DNA of 38,186 nt from Octopus bimaculoides. Its lineage: Eukaryota. A model generated the notes under the pieces. The model saw nothing but the letters and a program-made list of their open reading frames with translations. It made no database searches and was not told the DNA's origin. Positions 12,746 to 23,784 of the stretch are shown piece by piece. The first letter of the stretch is position 1; every line of letters starts with the position of its first letter. The stretch spans positions 50,621,442-50,659,627 of the forward strand of contig NC_068992.1 in the NCBI RefSeq assembly GCF_001194135.2, written 5' to 3'. The translations under genes were made by a program, and so were the position numbers.

Positions 12746-12847
12746 TGAGGCACGATATTGCTCATGTCGAAGACATAGAATTACAATGTAACACAAAATT
12801 CGATAATCCATGCTATGTTATTGGTACTCGGATATACTGCGTCTATG
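12746..12847 (+). CDS. Candidate internal exon, phase 1/1 (RHDIAHVEDIELQCNTKFDNPCYVIGTRIYCVY), product unknown
   Basis: Polypyrimidine acceptor cttccttttcaattag, 102-nt open frame with three Cys, donor ATG|gtaaaa. Confidence 0.3.
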
Positions 12848-12879
12848 GTAAAACATTTGTCTTTCAGTATCTCAGCTAC

Positions 12880-13097
12880 CAAGGCGTTGAGGTGGCCGAA
12901 AGGTTAGCACGCCGGGCGAAATGCTTAGCGGTATTTCGTCTGTCTTTATGCTCTTCTGAGTTCAAATTCCGTTGAGATCGACTTTGCCCTTCATCCTTTC
13001 GAGGTCGATAAATTAAGTACCTGTTGCGTATTAGGGTCGATCTAATCGACTGGCCTTCCCCCAGAATTTCGGGCCTTGTGCCTAAAGTTGAAACGAA
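12880..13097 (+). mobile_element. SINE family B, near full length, with 12-bp flanking direct repeat TATCTCAGCTAC
   Basis: Head ggcgttgaggtggccgaaaggttagcacgccgggcgaaatgcttagcgg, B-box-like gagttcaaattcc, tail gggccttgtgcctaaagttgaaacgaa. TATCTCAGCTAC at 12868-12879 and 13098-13109. Confidence 0.9.
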
Positions 13098-13111
13098 TAT
13101 CTCAGCTACTA

Positions 13112-13241
13112 CGGCGGTGAGCTGGCAGAACTTCAGCACGTCGGGCGAAATGCTTAGCGGTATTTCGTGTCTACGTTTTGAGTTGAAATTCCGCCGAGAT
13201 CAAATTTGTCTTTCATCCTTTCAGGGTCGATAAATTAAGTA
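13112..13241 (+). mobile_element. SINE family B, 3'-truncated second copy
   Basis: ggcggtgagctggcagaac..cgggcgaaatgcttagcggtatttcg..gggtcgataaattaagtac. Confidence 0.9.
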
Positions 13242-13404
13242 CTGTATTATTCCTTTGTACTGCCTAGCCTTTTATTTTGTTCATCGTTTTACACTGTATA
13301 AAAACCGACTTTAAAGAAAGTTTCTCCAAAACACCCTGTGGTGGAGACTATTCAAAAATTCCTTTGGTACTATTTGAGCTCTCGACACCCATCAGTCCGA
13401 TGTA

Positions 13405-13525
13405 TACTCACACACTCACACACACACGCACGCACACACACACGCGCACACGCGCACGCGCGCACACACACACACACACTCACACACACACACACATACA
13501 CACACACACAGACACTCACACACAT
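13405..13525. repeat. (CA)n/(CG)-interrupted microsatellite
   Basis: Directly visible. Confidence 0.9.
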
Positions 13526-14106
13526 ATTCATATACTGAGTACTCATGAATCTTAATAAGTTGTAACAAAGTTAGAAGTGCACAGACTACAATTCAGCAAT
13601 GCTACGTTTTAAATTTCGCTCTGAATTTATTATATCACCACAACGGTACTCTATTATATTATATTGCTTCAAATGAATTATACGAGAAACATAGGAATGA
13701 CTTAATAGTATTGCTGTAAATATATAATAGCATGTAACACATAGTTTAAATAGATATTTTTCATGTAGTAAAATAATGACCTCACTCTACAGAAATAGTT
13801 CGTACTTATACCTGACTGGGATACATGACAGTTGTAAGAGTAACTTGTGTAGGTTTCATTTTCTCCTCTACGACTATTCAATAAAGACTTATAAGATCGA
13901 AGTAGGTGCGCAGCCAAGAAAATAACCACAGAAATTTTGTATAAACGTTCTATCAGTTATGTAATCTCTTTACTGGCACTGCATTGTTAATTTGCTGAAA
14001 TGTCAAAATATTTAGTGTGCAAAGGTCGAGAGTAGAAACTTAGTTTCTGACGTTATACACTGCTAGGCTCTAATTCGTAAACTGAGAAATATAATCGAAG
14101 AGGATC

Positions 14107-14131
14107 ATATATATATATATATATATATATA

Positions 14132-14180
<49 letters not shown>

Positions 14181-14617
14181 TTTGTGTGTACGTAAGCATA
14201 TATGTATTTCTCACGTGAATAGAACTGCGTGTATTATATTCTACGTACAACAGAGATTTGAAAACGGAAGAATCAAAGAGAAAGGAAATAAACTTGGCTT
14301 TCTCTAAAAAAGTACAGTAAACTGCTGTAACTTTTAGAACATAAAATACACAAATAAGATTAATATATGGGTGTCTATACACATATAATGATGTATATCT
14401 GCATATATGAACATACATGTGTTTCTACTTATACATTTATACATATATATGTATATGCATGAATAAATACACACACACATACATACACGCATGCATACAT
14501 ACATGCATGTAAACATGCATACATACATACATACATACATACATACATACATACATAGGTATATATACATGTATCTAATTATGTGTGTCCACACATACCC
14601 ACAAACACACACATATA

Positions 14618-14659
<42 letters not shown>

Positions 14660-14783
14660 TTTTAGTAATAGAAACGAAAACAAGTACAAGAATAACAACA
14701 TGAACACTATCAGCCGGAGAAGCAATCTGAACATTAACAAAAGTGACGACTAAATGTACAAAGACACCAACAAAGAAGGAAAA

Positions 14784-14850
<67 letters not shown>
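14107..14850. repeat. Microsatellite cluster: (TA)n-(CA)n, (TACA)n, (TA)n and (TAA)n (~14786-14850)
   Basis: Directly visible. Source of the poly-Y ORF. Confidence 0.9.
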
Positions 14851-14853
<3 letters not shown>

Positions 14854-15344
14854 TAATAGTGAAAATAAATCACAACGAAAATACTTAAATGAAGGCGGGG
14901 ATGAACAAATAATGATTATTGATTAAAGATTAATTAAACTAAACTAACGTTTAGTGGTCTTTTTTCTCCAGCTTCTCAAATTATGGGTTTCGCTACATCT
15001 CTGAAGATTCATACTTGCACCATCAACGCAAAAGAGACAGTTCTATTGAATAGATAATTGGTTGTAACTTTTCTAATATATACTTTTGTATCCAGCTTCT
15101 CTATTTTGTCAACTAATCGTAGAATTAAATAGATTAAGAAATTACTAACTACAGGTTCATTTGATTGATTACCTTATAATTTTTTTCATTTATTTTGGCC
15201 CTTTTTCTCTGCTGTATATTTCAGATTTTGATTGGTTGTATTGTTTTAGAGTTATTTTATTTCGTTTCTTTTTTTAAATTTCATCTTTCAACTTTTCTGT
15301 TCAATTGTTTATTTATCACCTTTGTCTCATTCTGTTTCTCTTTT

Positions 15345-15388
15345 CCTCTCTCTCTCTCTCTCTCTCTCTGTTTATCTTTCTCTCTCTT

Positions 15389-15428
<40 letters not shown>
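15345..15428. repeat. (CT)n microsatellite
   Basis: Directly visible. Confidence 0.95.
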
Positions 15429-15431
<3 letters not shown>

Positions 15432-15714
15432 GCCTCTCCATCCATCTTTCTCTTCACTTGCCTACGTTTGCTATAATATGATTGCAAATGTCTACAGAAT
15501 AAAAGCGATTTCTGTGCACAGTAATGTTACTTAATGAGCTGAAGTAGGAAATCTAAGGAACACGACATAAAGGTATATGTGTGAACGTGTGTGTGAGTGC
15601 ATATAAGCAAGTGTCTGTTTATGCATATATAAATTTGTGCGTGTGTATACGCAAATATATATATACATGTATTACATGTATACATGCATAATGATATATA
15701 ATATATATATATAT

Positions 15715-15878
15715 GGAGGCGCAATGGCCCAGTGGTTAGGGCATCGGACTCGCGGTCATAGGATCGCGGTTTCGATTCCCAGACCGGGCGTTGTGAGTGT
15801 TTATTGAGCAAAAACACCTAAAGCTCCACAAGGCTCCGGCAGGGGATGGTGGCGAACCCTGCTGTACTCTTCCATCAC
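15715..15878 (+). mobile_element. tRNA-derived SINE family C (octopus OR-type-like), 3'-truncated
   Basis: tRNA-like head ggaggcgcaaTGGCCCAGTGGttagggc...GGTTTCGATTCCcagaccggg, followed by a non-tRNA body (gttgtgagtgtttattgagc...ggcgaaccctgctgtactct). Confidence 0.85.
15725..15779 (+). promoter_or_regulatory. RNA polymerase III internal promoter (A box 15725-15735, B box 15768-15779)
   Basis: TGGCCCAGTGG fits TRGCNNARYGG; GGTTTCGATTCC approximates GGTTCGANNCC; spacing is tRNA-like. Confidence 0.7.
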
Positions 15879-16032
15879 GGTGGTGCACCAGCATGACCGC
15901 AGCCACTTGGCTGAAACACATAAATAAATAAATAAATAAATATATGTATATATATATGGGTTTCACGGTGGTGCACCAGCATGACCGCAGCCACTTGGCT
16001 GAAACACATAAATAAATAAATAAATAAATATA
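15875..16032 (+). repeat. Exact duplication of a SINE-tail unit (~70 bp, period 88)
   Basis: tcacggtggtgcaccagcatgaccgcagccacttggctgaaacaca(taaa)n at 15875 and 15963. Confidence 0.95.
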
Positions 16033-16129
16033 TATATATATATATGAATATAAATATACATACATACATATATATATATGTGTGTGAGCAGTGTGGTTGG
16101 CGGTGTACTTGGAGTGCTGATCTAGGTAG

Positions 16130-16255
16130 GTTGTGATGTGGTGTCCGTGCGTCCTCCGCCCTTTACGCTTTTAAGGCGAATGTCGCCGAAATCCTCTTTC
16201 ATACTTACTGTGTTAGTCTATAAAGTATCCGCTCAGTACTGGGGTGTAACCATCG
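16130..16255 (+). mobile_element. SINE family B, highly decayed
   Basis: ctttacgcttttaag..cgccgaaatcctctttcat..aaagtatccgctcagtactggggtg resembles the family B core and tail. Confidence 0.45.
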
Positions 16256-16305
16256 TACATATATATGTGTGTGAATGTGTGTGTGTTTGTGTATGTATGC
16301 GTGTG

Positions 16306-16353
<48 letters not shown>

Positions 16354-16762
16354 CATACACACACATACATACATACATACATACATACATACATAGACAC
16401 ATACATATATACACACATCAAATGTGAGGATTGGGAGAGATGAACGGTGGACATGGAAAAGGAAGTAAACTGTGAGGGAAGTGATCAAAGATCATAGCAT
16501 CATCCAAATAATTTGGAATGAGAAAAAAGTGTTCAAGAATACGTTATAGACACGAATTCTTCTCGAACTATTCTTTATCACTCATTCGCGTTCGGTCTAC
16601 AAAATAAAGAAGATGAGATGTCTTTAACACTCAAAACTATATATGATGCCTGCCCGAAAAGAAACCGAATGTTTAAAGTAATGTCTCAACCATCTAATAC
16701 AGTGTGCATAAGAGGGGAGTACTATGCGTGAATAGGTGAGTTTTGACTCTGAGAGTAATAAT

Positions 16763-16978
16763 GGTTTCGAATTTTGGCACAAGGGAAGCAATTTCGTGGA
16801 AGGGTTTATGCTGAATACATCGACCCCAATGTTCTACTGTTACTTAATTTGTCGATCATGAAAGTCTGGAAGGCCAATTCGACATCGGTGCAATTTGAAA
16901 TGAGAAGGTAATGACGGACGAGATGCCACTATGCATTTTGCTCGGTCTGCTAGCGATTCTGCCAGCTCCCGGCATTCT
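16763..16978 (-). mobile_element. SINE family B copy (antisense)
   Basis: ggtttcgaattttggcacaagg..tacatcgacccc..ggaaggccaattcgacatcgg..gacggacgagatgcc..gcgattctgccagctc. Confidence 0.8.
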
Positions 16979-16989
16979 TTGAGTGTAAT

Positions 16990-17185
16990 ATCCTTTTCTA
17001 CTATAGACATGAGGCACAAAGTTTTGTGGCAGGAAGCTAGTTGATTACATCCAGCCCTGTGTTTGGCTGGTACTTATTTCACCGACCTTGAAAGGATGAA
17101 ATTCAAAGTTGATGTCGGCGGAATTTGAACACCGAACTTGAAGTCAGACGAAATGCCGCTAACCATTTTGCCAGCTCGCTGCCTT
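16990..17185 (-). mobile_element. SINE family B copy (antisense), tandem to the previous copy
   Basis: ttttctactatagacatgagg..gctggtacttatttcaccgacc..aaaggatgaaattcaaag..ggcggaatttgaac..gacgaaatgccgctaaccattttgccagctcgc. Confidence 0.8.
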
Positions 17186-19039
17186 CTTTCACTGTAATAT
17201 TAACTACAGATGTCTATCGTAATTACTAATTTATCTACCTGTGCTAGAATAATGAATGTCTAGTGCAGTTGTCTTTTTGTCCTAACTTGAACAAAGAAGT
17301 GTTTGGAAGAGGGAAGTTCTCGGGTCCAATTGTATCTTAAATAGTCTATAATCGTAAAGTAGTGCATGACGTAAAGAAAAATGGAACTGAATCACAATGT
17401 ATTCAAACTGTAATACTGGACAATTTATTAACTATTTGATTATAGTGGTGAAACGGTTCTGCTCATACAAATACACCATATCTGTTTGAAGTTCGGTAAT
17501 GAAGAGTTATCCAACATTTAATGCGGCAGAGTCCGAAAATTATCTACTCATAGTTTCGGATACTGCGACATGCATTTCCGACTTGAAGCTTATTGAAAGC
17601 AAGCTTTCCTCTCTACGCGTTCCCAAACAAAAAATACAGCTACAAAGACACAAATACAAGAACTCACGCTTGAAATTCAAACGGACGTAATTTCATTTGT
17701 AAGGAAACAACTGAATTAGAGAGAGTATCTTTATATATATGAGACAGTGAGGAGTATGAGAGGTATTCATACATACATATATACATACATGCATCTATAT
17801 ACCCACCTGTATGTCTACCCCTCTTCAGCATTGCACTTACTCCTCTCACTTCGTCATTTGACGAAATCAGGCAATAAAAAAATATGTAATTATAATCTTA
17901 GCAGCTGAAGGAAGAATTCGAACTCGGTACCCTTGTATGATTTATCACCAGGTTATTCTCCCCTAATGAATCGAAATACAGAAACACTATATGTCCTGTA
18001 GCATATTAGATGCTAATTGCATAATCTTAAACATTTCTGCCTGCTTAAGATAACGAATGCAAATATTCCTGATATTTCTTATTGTTATTATAAGTTGGAA
18101 GGGGTTGGAATTTTCCTTCAGGATATTTATTCAATGTTTTCTTTTTCTTTAACGCTGTATATGTCATATTCTCCTTTCCATCACAATCTGCTAAGAATTT
18201 AGCACTAGTAACCGCATCTGCCTGAGGATAGTTGCCAGTAATGAAACTCATATGTTAATAATTCAATCATTTATGCTTGTCGATATCTTACTTTGCTTTT
18301 CCAATAAAAATTATTCAGCTAGATACTTGGAATTAAAGAAAACGCATATAGGAATATGTTATAAATATATACACTTAATTGTTACATCAATTCCCCAGGA
18401 AAGAGTAAAAAAAAATATAGATACAGAAAAATCGAACTGGCTTAATATCTGTTGATATGCGTGCAATTATTCAGCCAAGTGACAAACTTTTAAATTACTG
18501 CTAATTTTCTACACAGCTTCAATCGATAAATACATTTACTGAAATGAATTGAGTAAAAACACTTTCTCTGATTAATGCCATAAGCTGTGGTTTTAGTGAA
18601 ATAATTTTCGCTTGGAATCATCTTATTATGAAGATCATTCTGTGGCTGCTAAGATAGAAATATTTCTTCAATGAAAAATCCTATATAAATGATTTAGAGC
18701 ACTTTTCTCTGAGACCAATGTAATTTAGAAGTAAAAATGTAAATATGGTTGACACGGAGCAATGCCAGATGAGATTCTTTACTAGAACTAGTTTGTTATA
18801 TTACGGTATGATGCTAGATGGAAGTATTTGCTCCATCCTAGAAGGTAAGACTGACGCTGTCTTTTGTTGTGCCGAGGGTTTGAAAGAAATATCAGACTTA
18901 TATTGATTTGAATTCTTTTGCTTTCGCCCTTTTATTTAAAGAAGCTGAGTATCTGGGCAGGTAAAACTTATGAAGTGAAATTAAATCAATAATGGTTTCT
19001 GGTATCTATTCATTGTTCTACAATTTGTTAGCAGGCAGC

Positions 19040-19160
19040 CGGATTACAGTATTGCCGATTACCCTATCGCTGAAATGCAGAACGTTACCTGGGCAGGATT
19101 TGAAATCAAAAAGTAAGGAGACGTAAATAATAGCATAAATATTTTCTATGCCATTTTATC
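19040..19160 (-). mobile_element. SINE family B, decayed antisense fragment
   Basis: gctgaaatgcagaacgttacctgggcaggatttgaaatcaaaaagtaag resembles gatgaaaggcaaagtcgacctcggcggaatttgaactcagaacgtaaag. Confidence 0.45.
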
Positions 19161-19358
19161 GTCAATGAATGAGTAATTATAAACATAAGCTTATTTCCAA
19201 GAAATATAGGAAAAACATTGTCGATTGTATCAGCCTAAGCCACACTAACTGGTATTTCACTTTTCCGCAACAGAATTAAGCAACATGAAGTGGACATTTG
19301 GGAGTAATATGACGGAATACCAAAAGGAATATTGTCTGTTAGTCTTTCTGACGATTTT

Positions 19359-19407
<49 letters not shown>

Positions 19408-19966
19408 TCTTCTAATTAATAATTGGTATTAATTGGAAAGGAGATTAGTACAGTATAGAAAATGGACGAATGTATGTATTAAGTTATGCCCCTTTGCAAT
19501 TTTGAATTTTGACATGTGTCTGTCATGACTTCTTCGTTTTATTTGTGTTATAAAAATGAAACGTATCCGACCTTTGTATTTAATTATACTTACACCTTCA
19601 AAAGGTGTGCTATCGCACTTTGAATAGGGGACAGATATTTATTTGAACAATTGCAGGAACATAGCAAGTGCAGAACATTAAAATTCATTCGTCAGAGAAG
19701 TGGGAATGTAGTAGTTATGAAATTCAGCGGGAAAAATTTCACTCTTTAAACCAATGTCGGAATGAATAAGGAATATGTGAGGAGTGACACAAGAATAAGC
19801 TTGCTTGAAACTGAATGAATTCTGCAGCAAACACATCAAAAATACCAAATACTATCGTTAAGTTCGTTTATTGATAGCTTCTTATTGTTCTTCGGGTAAA
19901 ACATATATCAATGCATTGTACACTCTTTGAATTAAGGGTCCTATTTCTGTTGTGATTTTTACGTAG

Positions 19967-20110
19967 ACCTGTTTAAATTGGAAGCCATTGGTAATATTCA
20001 ACAGCATCTCTCAGAGATTCTTTGCCTTTCACTAAACGTTGTAAACGAAGGAGAAAAGAAAAAATTCAGACAATTTATTGATGCGTTTGCAAAAACTAGT
20101 AACAAAGCAG
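19967..20110 (+). CDS. Candidate internal exon, phase 1/1 (LFKLEAIGNIQQHLSEILCLSLNVVNEGEKKKFRQFIDAFAKTSNKA), product unknown
   Basis: Acceptor tttctgttgtgatttttacgtag, 144-nt open frame with protein-like composition, donor CAG|gtgtat. Confidence 0.3.
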
Positions 20111-21054
20111 GTGTATTGAAGTAACTTCTATTCGACGATATAAATAATCCAGCAGTCTTACCTTCTGAACATTTTACCTATTAAAATTTTGTTCAGAATA
20201 TACACTGTGATTATAATAAATTCTTTAGTTTAGGTAATGTAACTAATTTCTTGAAATAATATATTGTGCCATGAAAACTGGAACTAACGATGAAGAAAAA
20301 AAACATGTAGCTAAGAGTCATATATATTTCATAATTTTATGTCAAATAAATTATTACTTTTGATTTCCATAAACCATTACTTTCCGTCGTTATAGTCTAA
20401 ATTACAATATTTCCTCAGATTTACGGTTGTAGATACATTTCATTTCGTAATAAAAGTGGTATCCAATAAATATGTCCTTATACGTTTCTTATGAATACTG
20501 GAGAAAGTATATATTATTTGACGCAATATTTCTAATAATTTTAACCCGTTTAATTTTCGTTTTGATTTCGGATATAAATATTATTTCTATCAAGATTAAC
20601 ACGAATTTAGTGGCTGGATGATGTACAACATTTTACAGTTTAATAAGAATATAATAAAATAGACATAACGGTCTATATACTCATATATACAAATATATAT
20701 ATATATCCATATATACATATTTCGTACATGCATATAAAGATAGACACATACATCATACACAAACACACACACACACACACACATATTCATATATGAAATA
20801 GAAGCAGTCCTTGTACAATAGTGTGTAATAAATATCATCGACCACACATACACAAGGCGTATACTTTAAGTACGTACGGTCGATAACTATATACACATAC
20901 CCGTTTTATGGCCGAATATATGATGTATTATTATTCTTTATTCTAAATTGTTGAACCTACCTGGATTCTCCTTTTAGATATAATATATATATCTAAAGTC
21001 TCAGGTTATCTACCTCAGCGCTTCCCAGCGCTGCCTATATAGTAAGCAAAAATA

Positions 21055-21098
<44 letters not shown>

Positions 21099-21139
21099 CA
21101 CATATGTATGCTGCATGCTTGTATGCATATCTATATGTG

Positions 21140-21330
21140 TGTGGGTCCTTGTGTTTATCGTTCACCACCTCTTAACAACCGTTGTTGATTTGTTTGGCTG
21201 CACTCAATCTTGCGTTGCGGCAAGAAAACAACCAACAGATAAGTACAGTCTTAAAAATAATTACTAAGTGCGTATTTGTTCGACTATTCTATCAGGGCCG
21301 TGTCTCTCTATGGCTGGAATCCCATGACTT
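21140..21330 (+). mobile_element. SINE family A body/tail, decayed
   Basis: caccacctcttaacaaccgttgttg..gcggcaag..agataagtacagtctt..atttgttcgacta..tatggctgga aligns to the 33651-34046 copy. Confidence 0.55.
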
Positions 21331-22206
21331 ATGCAAGTAAAAGATAAACGACAAAAAACACACACACACAAACGCGTCCGCACACACATGTGCGTGCGAG
21401 TGTACATACGTATGCATGTATGTAAGTACTTATTTATGTAGGTATGTATGCATAACCATATAAGTGAAAACAAATTTTCCAGTTTCGTTTCTATCTGATG
21501 CTGAATATTTCGTTTTGTTTTCTTCTCAAGTGTAATTCATCTCACATCATTCTGTATTTGCAATGTCTATATAATAATTCTCTTTCCTATTTGTAATGCT
21601 TACATCATGATTATTCTTAGTGAATATGTGAACATTACACTTAGATCATGGACTAAATCGAATATCAATTCAATATACGAAAATAGATTAAGATAATTGC
21701 AATATTACAATAATGATATCACAATTTTAATAGCTTTTCGAATATAATTAATAATTCTGAAAAATGGTAAAGATCAGAACGCTGGTGAGTATATTGCATG
21801 TTTAACACCAAAGCCGATAATGCATTTGACGCGAAATTTGTGAGAATTCTAATCGTGACAACTCGGTAACGTGAGTTAGGAGCATCAAGGAAAACAGTCA
21901 AACATCTCTATGGCATGTGTGAATCGAATTAGGAAATGGAAAACCATTGGCAGTAGATATTCAGATATAGGAAGGGTTTCGGACTGAAATTAAGTTTTCT
22001 TTCCTGATTCTGACAATTACCTTAGTGCTATCAATTGTGTTATGTTCAGAGTGGTGAAAATTCATTCCAAATAAGTAGTAGAAGTTGACCATAATGTGAT
22101 GTAAGTGGTGAGATTAATACCGTGTTCTGATAACAATGAGATTAATGATCTCCTCCTTCCCTTTCTATTCATTCGCATTATTGTTGTTTCTTTAATTGTA
22201 CGTCAG

Positions 22207-22272
22207 GTATCATTAATTCAATTTCCCATTCTCCCGGCCGTCTACCATTTGAAGATATTTTACGGAAGTGCG
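22207..22272 (+). CDS. Candidate internal exon, phase 1/1 (IINSISHSPGRLPFEDILRKC), product unknown
   Basis: Acceptor gttgtttctttaattgtacgtcag, 66-nt open frame, donor GCG|gtaatt. Confidence 0.25.
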
Positions 22273-22965
22273 GTAATTTTCAAACAGGTGATAGTAATAA
22301 TATACTTCTTCGTGTGAATACATTTTCTGAGATTAGTTACAGAGCTATCTAGAAATAACTCATGCGTCTCTATTTATAATCAAATAAGATTTATGAACTC
22401 GTTCTAATTCAAAATACAAAACATAATCCTAGAGATTTGGTGGGCATACGTAATCGTGTAAATAGAATGCAGCAGAAGTATATTGTAAAATCATGGAGCT
22501 GTGAAGAACCATGCAGTAGTTATCTCCATAAACAAAGAATGTATTGATGGTTCTGAAGGAGATTAACAAAAACACAAGCATTGAAGACCCTGTACGATTT
22601 AACAAATATAACAATAACATGACAATTAAACCAACCATAAATACTTAAGCAAAATTAAAAAAATATAGATGACACAATGCTGACATTATTCTATATTTCT
22701 GCTTGAAACTAAAATATAGATATTCGGTTTTTGGAACACAGTTTCTCAAATCGGGGCCTGCAATACATCAGAATGATGTTTAAGTGAACAACATGTGAAT
22801 TAAACTTGCTTCTGAGTGTGTGTGTGTTTTACACACACACGCACACACACACTCACACACACACACACACGCACACACACACTCACACACACACACACAC
22901 ACATATATATTCGTTCTTCCCTTTAGATTAATTTAGTATTGTTCTAGTTTAATGTCCTACGCTTA

Positions 22966-23128
22966 GGAAACTTCCGTCACACATCCTGTGTCCTCTTCAG
23001 CGATACTCCATCCCATGTATCTCCTGCTATCCTATTTTGTCCAGAAAAATGGACTAGACAGGACAGGAGAAGAGATGTGGGATGGAGAGTCAATGAAGAG
23101 GTGACAGGTTGTGTGGTGGAGGATTTCC
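22966..23128. mobile_element. Long imperfect palindrome (~78-bp arms, 6-nt loop), probably an old fold-back MITE
   Basis: Left arm ggaaacttccgtcacacatcctgtgtcctcttcag...ttgtcca pairs with right arm tggac...tgaagaggtgacaggttgtgtggtggaggatttcc. Confidence 0.75.
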
Positions 23129-23243
23129 AGTCAGACTATAAAATACGAACAATCATAAATCTGTAGTGAAGAGCAAATATATAGTACGTACGTTTATTTG
23201 GCAAAAATGGGCGTACCGAAATAGAGTACTATAACAATATAAC

Positions 23244-23335
<92 letters not shown>

Positions 23336-23344
23336 CACACACAC

Positions 23345-23377
<33 letters not shown>

Positions 23378-23390
23378 TGTATGTATATAA
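23244..23390. repeat. (CA)n-(TATG)n microsatellite
   Basis: Directly visible. Confidence 0.95.
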
Positions 23391-23637
23391 ATAACTGTCT
23401 CGGTCAAAGTGGTAAATGAGAACGACGGTTGCGAATCTCTGGTTTTAGACACAATTAATAATAAGGTGTCTCGCTTATTTATAATTTGAGACTAAAATAC
23501 TAAACATCAACATGGAGATGTCGTATAATTTATGATTTTGGACAGTACTGGTGACGCATTTAATTATATTCAAGGAAATTCCCACAAGAATTTAATACCT
23601 TATTAAATTGATATTGGATATTTTCAACCGTATAAAG

Positions 23638-23784
23638 AAAAAGGTAAACTTCCTGAGAACATCAAAGACATGGATGAGTTGCTGAAAGAGATGTTGCAGA
23701 TGATCAAGCCTAAAACCTGCCTAAGACCCACACATAAAAACGATACCAAAAACTCGACGTTTAAAGTTCATTGCAGTATTGGAT
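23638..23784 (+). CDS. Candidate exon, phase 1/1 (KGKLPENIKDMDELLKEMLQMIKPKTCLRPTHKNDTKNSTFKVHCSIG), or a decayed coding remnant
   Basis: 147-nt open frame, moderate acceptor attttcaaccgtataaag, donor GAT|gtaaag. The same frame continues upstream past a single TAA. Confidence 0.25.

Noticed and set aside
14972-15054. Strong acceptor followed by peptide-like frames (e.g. FSNYGFRYISEDSYLHHQRKRDSSIE*)
   Set aside because: All frames stop within about 30 codons with no donor, and there is no supporting partner exon.
15715-15790. Possible tRNA gene
   Set aside because: It has A/B boxes but continues into a SINE body with no clean acceptor-stem closure or T-run terminator, so it is called a tRNA-derived SINE.
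21763-21784. Short ATG exon MVKIRTL with strong donor gtgagt
   Set aside because: Phase 0 does not join the nearby phase-1 candidates, and it is too short to support alone.
22429-22638. Minus-strand 69-aa hydrophobic ORF
   Set aside because: No splice support or recognisable motif; consistent with a chance ORF.
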